Assembly: GCA_043764155.1 (NCBI GenBank)
Contig: JAYUKW010000012.1
Location: 72,520-136,519, forward strand
Direction: 5' to 3'
Length of the DNA stretch: 64,000 nucleotides
Source of the DNA: Bdellovibrionales bacterium
GTDB taxonomy: Bacteria; Bdellovibrionota; Bdellovibrionia; Bdellovibrionales; UBA1609
A program made the position numbers and the translations under genes. Under the pieces are notes generated by a model. That model was not told where the DNA came from. It worked only from the letters and a program-made list of their open reading frames with translations, and did not search any database. Shown here one piece after another: positions 42,517 to 51,465 of this stretch (within the stretch, counting starts at the first letter, position 1; the number at the start of each line of letters is the position of its first letter).

Positions 42517-42846
42517 ATGAAAAAGCTTATGTCGGTGTTGGTGCTGTTATTGTCAAATATTGCTTTTGCGGAAGAAGCTGTTCAAGCTGTTGTTACGACA
42601 ACTACGGCTGCAAGTAACGGAAACTCTGTTTATTTTGGTTTTGCGTCTGCATTCGCAATTGGTCTTGCTGCACTTGGTGGAGCTCTAGGACAAGGCCGTG
42701 TGGCTTCTGCTGCGATGGAAGGAATAGGAAGAAACCCAAATGCTAAGGATAAAATGCAAACGCCAATGATCTTGGGTTTAGTGTTTATTGAAACCGTTGT
42801 TCTTTTTGCTTTCGTTATCGCGTTTTCTATCTATACAAAAATTTAA
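42517..42846 (+). CDS. atpE: F0 ATP synthase subunit c, with an N-terminal signal-peptide-like extension
   Basis: The C-terminal ~75 aa form the c-subunit hairpin ([26 protein letters not shown] loop, carboxylate in FIETVVLF). The first ~19 aa ([18 protein letters not shown]) look like a cleavable signal peptide. The RBS is AAGGAG. Confidence 0.9.
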   Translation: MKKLMSVLVLLLSNIAFAEEAVQAVVTTTTAASNGNSVYFGFASAFAIGLAALGGALGQGRVASAAMEGIGRNPNAKDKMQTPMILGLVFIETVVLFAFVIAFSIYTKI

Positions 42847-42866
42847 ATTAATTTAAATTTTAAATT

Positions 42867-44534
42867 TTAATAAAAGGACTCTTGTTTTCTTGAGTCCTTT
42901 TTTGTTTTTAATCTTATAGATAAAAGAAACAAAAAAGGAAATATTAAAAATAAGATGGATTTACTGTTGGCTTTATTCTGAAGATTTGAATTTGAGCACC
43001 CAGAACCATCAGAGTTTTGGATTGATTGACTACCTTCTTGGTAAGTAGTGCTAACATTCGTCTGCTGTGATGGTTTTTCAATAGTTTTTGGTTCAAAGTT
43101 AAGATCTTTAGTTTCTAGGCTGTTTTTTATATATTCATTTGCAAGATTTAGCGCCTTTGTTTGGTTCACAAAATTCAATTGATCATTGTATTTTGGATCA
43201 AAATAGGCTTGAACTGCTTTTTTTTCTGCTGATAAGAGCAAAAGATTAATAAGTTCATTTCGAGATAATGTTGGAAAGGCAGATTTCAGATTTCCTAAAA
43301 TTGAACTAATAAAAGGGGCGGCCATACTTGTGCCCTTCTTTTCAATGTAATTGGATTGAATTGTTAACGACATAATAAAGTCATTTCTCCTTTCAAATCC
43401 ATCTCCACCTGGGGCTAGAATATCTACTGCATCTCCGAAATTACTAAAAGTTGAAAGCTGATAAATTGAATTGTAGCTGCCAACAGTTAAAACATTTGTA
43501 AGTCCAGCAGGCGAAGTTCTAGAGGCATAGGTGCCCCCATTACCTGCTGCTGTGACAGTAATGACATTATTTAATCGGGCGTATTCAAAAGCATTAAATT
43601 CAGCCAAAGTTGGCATCGAGCCTGTGCCCCAAGAGCAATTTATAATTTTAGCCCCATTGTTAACAGCGTAATAAATACTTTTAATAAGATCAGAGGCTGT
43701 TGTCTTTCTTCGGCTACTAAAAGCTTTAACTAACATAAGCTTTGTATTTTGAGCGGCCCCAGCAATTCCAAGAGTATTATTTCTTTTAGCACCAACTATA
43801 CCAGCAACATGTGTTCCGTGGTCTACAAGATTTGATTTGTAGTTATTAATACCAACATCACCATCTTTATCTGCGACATCACATCCGTGTACGTCATCAA
43901 TGCAACCGTTCTTATCATCATCTACACCAGATACACCACTTAGTTCCAATTCATTGACCCAAAGACTGTCTTTTAAATCTTCATGATGAATATCAAAACC
44001 TGTATCAGATATAGCAATAAGTGTTGAAGTGCTAAAGCCATCAACTTCACTATTTGAATCAACAGATTTAAGTCCCCACTGAAGGTTATATAACGAATCA
44101 TTGTAATTAATAATTCTAGATTCATTAAAATTTTCATTTAATTCAGAGAGAGAAACTGATTTTTGAACTGACTTTGTATTTTCAGAATAACTTAATATGG
44201 CATCATCTAATTCAACAAAACAGTTCGGAATTACAGAGGTATTTTTAACCTGACTAACTTTAAGTACTTCATTTTTAGATAATTTTAAAACTAAAGTGGA
44301 TTCAGATAAAATTTTACTTTTTTGATTACGGCTTAAAGCACTAAAAGTTCTATGATCATAAATAAAAGCTGAATTAAGATTAATTTTTTGATTAATGGAG
44401 CTCAAATTATCAAAAACAAGATCAGGATCTTCAGTAACAACAAGATATTCACCATCAACAGAATCTAAACATTTTGAATTGGCTTCTGTTAAAAAAAAAG
44501 TAAGAAATAATATTGAAATGAGCCTAAATCGCAT
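42867..44534 (-). CDS. Secreted subtilisin-like serine protease (peptidase S8) with a C-terminal hydrophobic anchor
   Basis: The catalytic triad contexts are DTGFDIHHEDL (Asp), HGTHVAGIVGA (His) and GTSMAAPFISS (Ser). It has an N-terminal signal peptide. The C-terminus reads GSGCSNS...ILFLIFPFLFLLSIRLKTKKD. Confidence 0.9.
   Translation of the reverse strand: MRFRLISILFLTFFLTEANSKCLDSVDGEYLVVTEDPDLVFDNLSSINQKINLNSAFIYDHRTFSALSRNQKSKILSESTLVLKLSKNEVLKVSQVKNTSVIPNCFVELDDAILSYSENTKSVQKSVSLSELNENFNESRIINYNDSLYNLQWGLKSVDSNSEVDGFSTSTLIAISDTGFDIHHEDLKDSLWVNELELSGVSGVDDDKNGCIDDVHGCDVADKDGDVGINNYKSNLVDHGTHVAGIVGAKRNNTLGIAGAAQNTKLMLVKAFSSRRKTTASDLIKSIYYAVNNGAKIINCSWGTGSMPTLAEFNAFEYARLNNVITVTAAGNGGTYASRTSPAGLTNVLTVGSYNSIYQLSTFSNFGDAVDILAPGGDGFERRNDFIMSLTIQSNYIEKKGTSMAAPFISSILGNLKSAFPTLSRNELINLLLLSAEKKAVQAYFDPKYNDQLNFVNQTKALNLANEYIKNSLETKDLNFEPKTIEKPSQQTNVSTTYQEGSQSIQNSDGSGCSNSNLQNKANSKSILFLIFPFLFLLSIRLKTKKDSRKQESFY
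42872..42909 (+). terminator. Rho-independent terminator after atpE (potentially bidirectional)
   Basis: AAAAGGACTC (42872-42881) pairs with GAGTCCTTTT (42892-42901) around a 10-nt loop and is followed by TTGTTTTTA. It overlaps the last codons of the convergent protease ORF. Confidence 0.7.
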
Positions 44535-44620
44535 ATTTAGCTTTCGGAAGAAAAACTAAGGCTCTTAGATTTATGTTTTTACAAAAATGTCGAAATTATA
44601 TCTAGTTAAATTTTGTTGAA

Positions 44621-46027
44621 TTAACTGTCTAGATTAAGGTCTAACTCTTTTGATATTTCAGCTTTCATTTCTGACAGTAAAGACTCACTATCCGCTTCAA
44701 ATCGAATAGTGATAGCGGGTTGAGTGTTAGAGACGCGGACCAAAGCCCAGCCGCCTTCAACTTGGGCTCGGTAACCATCAATTGTATTTAGTGAGATAAT
44801 TTTTTTTGTTCCTAACGAATGTGATAACTGGGCTCTATGAACTAAATTTTCTACGATATTAAATTTTTCTTTTTCAGGAACCTCAATTCTTAGTTCGGGG
44901 CTAGTAAACGTATGGGGTAAACTATCAATGAATTCAGAAAGTTTAATTTTCTCAACTTCAAGACATTCAAGGAGTCTAAAACTAGCATACAAAGCATCAT
45001 CGTAACCATAATTTCGATCATTGAAAAAAACGTGACCACTAAGTTCACCACCAAAAGGGGAATTTTCAAATTTAACTTTCTCTTTAATTAAACTATGTCC
45101 AGTCTTCCACATGATGGGACGCCCCCCATACTCTTTAATTTTATCATAATATGTCTGAGAGCACTTAACATCTCCAATAATTGGGGCATGGGGATTGGTT
45201 TTTAAAATACTTTTAGCGTAAAGAATCATAAATTGGTCGACATAAATATGACGACCTAAATCATCAACAACACCAATACGATCTGCGTCACCATCAAACC
45301 CAACGCCTAAATCACATTTGTTTTTTAAAACCGATTGCTTAAGATCAACCAAGTTTTTTTCAACACTTGGATCTGGATGATGATTTGGAAATGTTCCATC
45401 AGGTTTTACAAAGAGCACTTCACCCATCAAATTTAAAGATTTAAACATTTGCGGAACAATGACTCCAGCAGCGCCATTTCCACAATCGTAGGATATTTTT
45501 TTTGAAGGAAATTTATTTTTAAATTCCTTCGTATATCGATCAATATAAGGAGTTAAAATATCAAAATACGAAATGGAACCCGATTTAGATAACAAATTTA
45601 TATCAGTTTGATTTCCAAGTATTAATGATTTTAAGGCTTGAATTTCAGAGCCATGAATAGTTGTTTTACCTTTTGAAATCTTAAAACCATTGTGATCAGG
45701 AGGATTATGACTTCCAGTGATCATTACGGCACCATCCAAATCATCAATAGTAAAACAAGAAAAATAGCTGATCGGGGATGTGATCATATCTAATAATATC
45801 ACATGACCATCAGCTTTACATACACCGTCAATTAAGGCTTGAGTTAACGAAGGACTTGAAACTCGTGCGTCGTAACCTACAGAAATACGTATATTTTTTT
45901 TAGAGAATTGTTGTTTAAGATATAAAGCGTAATTATATCCAAGTTCTTCTGCAAAACTTTCGTCGAAATCTTTTTTATAAACTCCGCGAATATCATATTC
46001 ACGAAAAATATCTAAATTGATTTTCAT
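44621..46027 (-). CDS. Phosphomannomutase/phosphoglucomutase (alpha-D-phosphohexomutase family)
   Basis: Active-site serine loop TGSHNPPDHNGFK, metal-binding GFDGDADR and sugar-binding GGELSGH. Confidence 0.9.
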   Translation of the reverse strand: MKINLDIFREYDIRGVYKKDFDESFAEELGYNYALYLKQQFSKKNIRISVGYDARVSSPSLTQALIDGVCKADGHVILLDMITSPISYFSCFTIDDLDGAVMITGSHNPPDHNGFKISKGKTTIHGSEIQALKSLILGNQTDINLLSKSGSISYFDILTPYIDRYTKEFKNKFPSKKISYDCGNGAAGVIVPQMFKSLNLMGEVLFVKPDGTFPNHHPDPSVEKNLVDLKQSVLKNKCDLGVGFDGDADRIGVVDDLGRHIYVDQFMILYAKSILKTNPHAPIIGDVKCSQTYYDKIKEYGGRPIMWKTGHSLIKEKVKFENSPFGGELSGHVFFNDRNYGYDDALYASFRLLECLEVEKIKLSEFIDSLPHTFTSPELRIEVPEKEKFNIVENLVHRAQLSHSLGTKKIISLNTIDGYRAQVEGGWALVRVSNTQPAITIRFEADSESLLSEMKAEISKELDLNLDS

Positions 46028-46040
46028 AATAAGATCCTTT

Positions 46041-46976
46041 TTATGATTTATTTTTAGAAAGTTTAATTGCAGCTAAGATTGCATCTGTCATAGATTGAAA
46101 ATCGGCTGAATTCTTCCCGAAGATATCTTTTGCTGTTCCGTGATCAACGCTTGTTCTAACAAATGGTAAACCCATCGTGTAATGATAGCCATTATAACCA
46201 TGTGCCATTTTAAAAGGAATAAGACCTTGATCATGATATAAGGAAATAAAAGTAGGGCTGTGTTTAAATTTTTTAAAATTTACAAAAGCCGAGTCTGCAG
46301 GAATTAATTTTTCCACATCTAAAATAGACCGAGCCCATCTTAAAATAGAAGCGTCTTCATTACCTATAATTCCAGAATCACCCGCGTGTGGATTTAAACC
46401 TAAAACGTGAATGTTAGATTTTTTATTTTTAAATTTAAAATGAAGTTGTTTGCAAGATTTTAAAAATTTAACAAAAGGAACTTCGGTAATTTTAATTTTA
46501 TTTATTGGAATATGATCAGTAAATAAAATGATTGAAAAGTATTTTCCAAAAAAACACATTTTTAAGTTTGTTGTATCGGTCATTCTTTTTAAAATCTCAG
46601 TATGTCCAACGTCATTTAACCCCTCTGCCTTGATTTGAGTTTTAGACAGTGGAGCTGTAATAACACTTGATTTATTTAAGATGCAATCTTTAACAGCCTC
46701 TGTGAACCAGTGTGCAGGAGTATTGTCTGAATTTAAAATAAAATTAAATTTTAAGAAAGTTTTTGAAACAGAAAAATTATTAATAAATTGAGATGACTTA
46801 TTTAATGAAGAGTGTTTTTTTAAAAAAGACAGAACTATTTTTTTTTGGCTATAATGACACCAAATAAAGAAGTTTTCTTTTTTAATTTTAGGACTAACTT
46901 TTTTTAAAGCTTTTAAACTAATCTCAAGACCAATTCCATCAATATCGCCAGTCGTGATATGATAAGATTTAGACAT
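46041..46976 (-). CDS. pdxA: 4-hydroxythreonine-4-phosphate dehydrogenase PdxA
   Basis: 311 aa with GDIDGIGLEI, GHTEIL, GLNPHAGD and RTSVDHGTA blocks. It lies directly downstream of SurA-like genes, as in the enterobacterial surA-pdxA arrangement. Confidence 0.88.
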   Translation of the reverse strand: MSKSYHITTGDIDGIGLEISLKALKKVSPKIKKENFFIWCHYSQKKIVLSFLKKHSSLNKSSQFINNFSVSKTFLKFNFILNSDNTPAHWFTEAVKDCILNKSSVITAPLSKTQIKAEGLNDVGHTEILKRMTDTTNLKMCFFGKYFSIILFTDHIPINKIKITEVPFVKFLKSCKQLHFKFKNKKSNIHVLGLNPHAGDSGIIGNEDASILRWARSILDVEKLIPADSAFVNFKKFKHSPTFISLYHDQGLIPFKMAHGYNGYHYTMGLPFVRTSVDHGTAKDIFGKNSADFQSMTDAILAAIKLSKNKS

Positions 46977-47888
46977 TTATCCTTCTTTGATAACAATATG
47001 ATTCGTTTGCTTTTTCTCTTCAATCCATGCTTGAACTTCAATCGAAATATTTTCTTGAATTATAGTTAATTTTGCTTTTCTGACTTCGGGTGTATCAGGC
47101 AGTTCGTTGATACGTTTTTTATCATCAAGTCTAATAAAAAAAACTTTACCGTTCATAGGAATGGCTTGGCTGACTTCAGATATTTTTAATTCTTTCACGG
47201 TGGCTTTAAAAGGTTTAGCTAATTCTTCTTCTTTAAATGCACCAAGAAAGCCCTTGTTATCTTGATTTTCAGAGAATTTTAAAGCCTGGTCAAAGCCATC
47301 TCTTAGAATCGTGTTCATAGTTCTAGAGATATTATCTTCGCCTTCTATTACAATATGTGAAATGGAATACAAATACCTAGGTTCAAAAGCAGTAGATCCT
47401 TGTTGTAGAAGATATTGAATGACATCTGATTCTGAGATTTCTATCCGAGATGTGATTTCAGAATCTATTATACGCTTACGAATAAGTGATTTAAGAATAA
47501 ATTTTTTGTAATCCTCAAAAGTAACACCTTGGCTTTGAATTTCCTTTTTAAAATCTGGAACCGATAATCCATTGCTTTTTGCAATTTTAGAAATCTCTTC
47601 GTCTAACTGTTTTTTAGATTTTTCATAAACACCTGTCTTTTTTGCATGATCTATAAATAGTTGCTCACTTACTAAAAAATCAATTTGAGTTTTTAGATCT
47701 TCTTTCAACTTTTTAATATCAAATAAGGATGCATATTCTAAATCAAATAAAATACCTTTTTTAATATGCTCTTTAAGTTCAGCAAGATCACTTTTTAAAA
47801 TAATATCTTTATTAACGATGGCCACAATACTATCAACAGGAGCCGCAGACACTAAAACTGAGAATAAAAAAACAAATATAACTTTCAT
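46977..47888 (-). CDS. SurA-like periplasmic chaperone (SurA N-terminal domain plus a degenerate parvulin-like domain)
   Basis: 303 aa with a signal peptide and an N-terminal pattern (VDSIVAIVNKDIILKSDL) typical of the SurA N-domain. The parvulin-like segment lacks the catalytic His pattern. Confidence 0.6.
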   Translation of the reverse strand: MKVIFVFLFSVLVSAAPVDSIVAIVNKDIILKSDLAELKEHIKKGILFDLEYASLFDIKKLKEDLKTQIDFLVSEQLFIDHAKKTGVYEKSKKQLDEEISKIAKSNGLSVPDFKKEIQSQGVTFEDYKKFILKSLIRKRIIDSEITSRIEISESDVIQYLLQQGSTAFEPRYLYSISHIVIEGEDNISRTMNTILRDGFDQALKFSENQDNKGFLGAFKEEELAKPFKATVKELKISEVSQAIPMNGKVFFIRLDDKKRINELPDTPEVRKAKLTIIQENISIEVQAWIEEKKQTNHIVIKEG

Positions 47889-47933
47889 TTAATTCCTTAA
47901 GCCATTTGTATAATGGCAGTATTAAAACTGATT

Positions 47934-48902
47934 TTAAAAACTTGTCGGTCGAGTCACAACAATATTACTTAATAAGTCTTGATTCACTTTAACTTTAGAG
48001 TTTTTTACCCTTTCTTTGATCCAATCATTTAGGAAGATATTTTTTTTATCAGCCAAAAGCTGTCCTCTAATTTTTTTATCGGCTTCACTTAAACTAATAA
48101 TAGCTTCTTTCTTCTTATCGACGATTTTAAATATATGAAATCCATTTTCACTTTTAATAATATCTGTGACCTGTCCAACGCCAGACTTTGAGGCTTCTTC
48201 AAAGGCAGGGAAAGACGAAATGTTGACCCACCCTAGATCACCACCATTTACTTTTTCTGGGCCCAAGGAGTATTTTTCTGCGAAAGTTTCAAAATTTTTA
48301 TTATTGTCTTTTTTTAATAGCTCTAATATTTTTATTCCGTCTTCTTCTGATTCAAAAACAATTTGTTTTAGCTTGATCTGATTTTCGGTTTTAAAAATAT
48401 CTTTGTTTTTATTGTAATACTCAGTGACAGCTCCCGTTTCGATACTAAATTCTTGTTTTTCAAAAAGTAAGTCCTTAACTAAATCTCTAACTATTTTATC
48501 TTTTAAAGAAGACTTAAAGGCTAACTTATTTTGACCACTTTCATTTAAAAAAATTTCAAAGCTATCATTGTCAGGATAATTTTTTACAAATTCATTTAAC
48601 TCTTGGTCCAACATTTCTTTCTTAACCAAAACATTATTTTCTTCAGCGAAATCATTAAAGACAGATTGAATTATAAAGTCTTCTACAATCTGTTTTTTTA
48701 AGACAGAAATAATTTCTTGTTTAGGATATTTAATGTCTTGCTCAATGAATTTACGAACAAGAATTTTTGCAAAGTCAGATCCAGTTAATATATTTTCGTT
48801 TAATTTAACCACAGGATCTTCGAATTTATCTTGTTGTTTTGAAAAGCAAGAAACTAAAAATAAAATAGATGTAAAAATTAGTAAATCTTTCATATTACGC
48901 AT
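47934..48902 (-). CDS. Parvulin-type peptidyl-prolyl isomerase lipoprotein (SurA/PrsA/PpiD-like)
   Basis: 322 aa with a lipobox-like motif (LFLVSCF) and a parvulin block (GGDLGWVN...GFHIFKI). Confidence 0.7.
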   Translation of the reverse strand: MRNMKDLLIFTSILFLVSCFSKQQDKFEDPVVKLNENILTGSDFAKILVRKFIEQDIKYPKQEIISVLKKQIVEDFIIQSVFNDFAEENNVLVKKEMLDQELNEFVKNYPDNDSFEIFLNESGQNKLAFKSSLKDKIVRDLVKDLLFEKQEFSIETGAVTEYYNKNKDIFKTENQIKLKQIVFESEEDGIKILELLKKDNNKNFETFAEKYSLGPEKVNGGDLGWVNISSFPAFEEASKSGVGQVTDIIKSENGFHIFKIVDKKKEAIISLSEADKKIRGQLLADKKNIFLNDWIKERVKNSKVKVNQDLLSNIVVTRPTSF

Positions 48903-48955
48903 AGTAATTATGAGCTTACTTAATGTCTATAAAAAGTGTGAATAATGTGGGTTAT

Positions 48956-49768
48956 TTATTCTATTAATGATTCGTTAATAGTAACAGGGTAGCCCTTTTT
49001 AAGGTTAATAAAATACTGATCAACAATATCTCTTCTTTTTTGGTCAAAAAGGCCAATTCTAAGTTGATTTTTGTCTGCATTTTTAAACTCTTGAACACCT
49101 GTTTTTCTAATAATATGAAAACCAAACTTCGAACGAATGGGGGAGCTTGTGTCCCCAATTTTAAGTTTATTGGCTGATGCATAATAGTTTGGGTGAATAT
49201 TGATTATTGATTGAAATCCAAGATCACCGCCAGAAGGTTTAGTAACGGCATCTTCTGTGTATAACTGAGCAAGTTCATAAAATGGGCGCTTAGATTTAAT
49301 CACTTCATTATAAATTTTGGTGGCTCTGTTTTGAGCTTCGCTGATTTGGGCTGGATTGGCTCCTTCTGGAAAGCGAATTAAAATATGACTAGTTCTGATA
49401 TTTGGATACTGTTTATAAAAAGTAGCCATTTCAGGATCTTTTATTTTGATTGATTCAACTTTTTTTGCTAACTCAACTTCTAAAAGGGCTTTGTAAAGCT
49501 CTTGTTCCATTTTAAGTTTAACTTCAGGAATTTTTGTAATTTGTTTTTTTCTAGCCTCTTGCAAACCGATTTTAAAACGAACCATATCTTCTAAAAATTG
49601 TTTAGGTGTCGGAGAATAAGGCATTGCCACCATATTGGCTTTTGCACGTGCATATTCAGATTTAAATTCTTTTAACGTGATCACTTGATTGCCAACTTTA
49701 GCTACGACTTGGGCATAGGCTGGAAAAGTTAAAAGAAATAGTGTTGAAGTAATAATAATATTTTTCAT
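48956..49768 (-). CDS. Parvulin-type peptidyl-prolyl isomerase (secreted)
   Basis: 270 aa with a signal peptide and parvulin motifs (SHILIR, GGDLGF, GFHIIRK). Confidence 0.75.
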   Translation of the reverse strand: MKNIIITSTLFLLTFPAYAQVVAKVGNQVITLKEFKSEYARAKANMVAMPYSPTPKQFLEDMVRFKIGLQEARKKQITKIPEVKLKMEQELYKALLEVELAKKVESIKIKDPEMATFYKQYPNIRTSHILIRFPEGANPAQISEAQNRATKIYNEVIKSKRPFYELAQLYTEDAVTKPSGGDLGFQSIINIHPNYYASANKLKIGDTSSPIRSKFGFHIIRKTGVQEFKNADKNQLRIGLFDQKRRDIVDQYFINLKKGYPVTINESLIE

Positions 49769-49810
49769 AAGCTGTCCTTCAAAAAGTTATCAATGACGTC
49801 TTTACCTGCC

Positions 49811-50467
49811 TCAAATTAAATCAAATGCTTTTCGCTGTGCATCGTTAATTCCATCAGTGAGAACTAAAATTGAATTCTCAGATCTAGAATCTATGCTTTC
49901 ATAGTCTAGCGGTTTTCCAAAATAGTAAACTACTTTTGAGAATGGTTTAGGAATTTCTGTTAAATCCCAGGTCTTTTTTAAAACCCAAGAATTTTGACCT
50001 TTGGTGCCTAGGGGTACAATTGAAAGCTTTGTGAGTTTAGCCACTTCAATGATTCCTGCTTTGGGAACATGCCTTGGTCCTATTGGACCATCAACAGTAA
50101 TCACAGGATTCTTTTTACTTTCTTTCGTCATACGAACTAGATATTTGAGGGCCGCAATTGGCTTTTTTCTTGAAGAGCCCCAAGCTACAGTGCCCCCCAT
50201 TTTTTCCATAGCTAGACCTATTAGTTTACCCTCTAAACTAGGGCTAGCTAAAACAAGCGCATTGACTACTTTTACTAGCCATATATTGGTGAAATTATTC
50301 TGGTGCCACATAGCAATTGCAAATGGTTTTTTTTGATCTACTAAGGCCTGAGTCTCTGGATGATATAGGACCCGTTTTCGCCAAGTAAAAAAAAGTGCTT
50401 TATAAAAAATCAGAAAAACAAATACGATTATTTTTTGAAAGAGATCTGATTTTAAAAGTTTTTTCAC
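49811..50467 (-). CDS. DUF374-like lysophospholipid acyltransferase-family protein
   Basis: 218 aa with an N-terminal TM helix. The pattern SPSLEGKLIGLAMEKMGGTVAWGSSRKKPIAAL...ITVDGPIGPRHVPKAGIIEVAKL matches my recollection of the DUF374 domain. Confidence 0.6.
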   Translation of the reverse strand: MKKLLKSDLFQKIIVFVFLIFYKALFFTWRKRVLYHPETQALVDQKKPFAIAMWHQNNFTNIWLVKVVNALVLASPSLEGKLIGLAMEKMGGTVAWGSSRKKPIAALKYLVRMTKESKKNPVITVDGPIGPRHVPKAGIIEVAKLTKLSIVPLGTKGQNSWVLKKTWDLTEIPKPFSKVVYYFGKPLDYESIDSRSENSILVLTDGINDAQRKAFDLI

Positions 50468-50484
50468 AGGTCCAGTTGATTTAA

Positions 50485-51444
50485 TTATAGAGATAAAAGT
50501 TTTTTAAACTCAGCGTTGAGTAAAGGTATAATCTCTAAAGCATCACCAACAATTCCATAAGTCGCTTTTTTAAAAATAGGAGCTTCAGGATCTTTGTTAA
50601 TCGCGACAATCACTTTACTATCACTCATCCCGGCTAGATGTTGAACGGCTCCAGAAATTCCACAGGCGATATATAAAGAAGGGGCCACAGTTTTTCCCGT
50701 TTGACCCACTTGCATGCTATGGGACACCCAACCTGCGTCTGTAACTGCACGACTCGCACCAACGCTTGCGCCTAATGTTGTTGCTAGCTCTTCAAGAAGT
50801 TTAAAGTTTTCAGGTCCTTGCATACCTCGACCGCCAGACACGATGATATTGGCTTCTGTTAAATCTAGTTTTTCAGATGTGCCTTTTACAATTTCTAAAA
50901 CTTTTGTTTTAAAATCGTTAATTTGTAAATTTTTTGAGATCACTTCAGTTGTGACGTTTGATGTCGCTTCGACTGGCAGCTGGTTTGGACGCATTAAAAT
51001 CATTTGAGGTTGAGATTTTGAAAACTCAACTGAGCAAAAACATTTACCAGCATACATAGGCTTTTTAACACTAAAACGTGCCCCATCCCATTTTAACTGG
51101 GTTCCATCAGCGATGAAACCAGACGTGATTTTTGCCGCCACTGAAGGGAAAAGATCTTTAGTTGAAGACGACGACGAGCCTAAAATAACGTCTGCATTTG
51201 ATTCTTTAATAACTTCTAAGAAAGCCTGAGCAAATATTTCTGGATTATATTTAGATAGTTTTTCATTTTTAAACTCAAAGTGCTTCGAAACTCCATAATC
51301 ATTTAACGTTTTTATGTTAGAAGTTATATTTCCAATTGCCACCGTAAAAAAGTCCTGATTAGATTTTTTGGCGGCAGTCAGAAGCTCTAATGATGAGCTT
51401 TTGATTTTTCCATTTGAAGATTCAATATAAACTAAAATTGACAT
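50485..51444 (-). CDS. etfA: Electron transfer flavoprotein subunit alpha
   Basis: 319 aa with the C-terminal FAD-binding signature (GASRAVTDAGW...QVGQTGKTVAPSLYIACGISGAVQHLAGM). Confidence 0.92.
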   Translation of the reverse strand: MSILVYIESSNGKIKSSSLELLTAAKKSNQDFFTVAIGNITSNIKTLNDYGVSKHFEFKNEKLSKYNPEIFAQAFLEVIKESNADVILGSSSSSTKDLFPSVAAKITSGFIADGTQLKWDGARFSVKKPMYAGKCFCSVEFSKSQPQMILMRPNQLPVEATSNVTTEVISKNLQINDFKTKVLEIVKGTSEKLDLTEANIIVSGGRGMQGPENFKLLEELATTLGASVGASRAVTDAGWVSHSMQVGQTGKTVAPSLYIACGISGAVQHLAGMSDSKVIVAINKDPEAPIFKKATYGIVGDALEIIPLLNAEFKKLLSL

Positions 51445-51465
51445 GTTAATCTCCTAGATCAATTT

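Noticed and set aside
42841-42870. AT-only tandem-looking tract ATTTAAATTAATTTAAATTTTAAATTTTAA after atpE.
   Set aside because: This is a simple low-complexity AT spacer preceding the terminator, with no consistent repeat unit.
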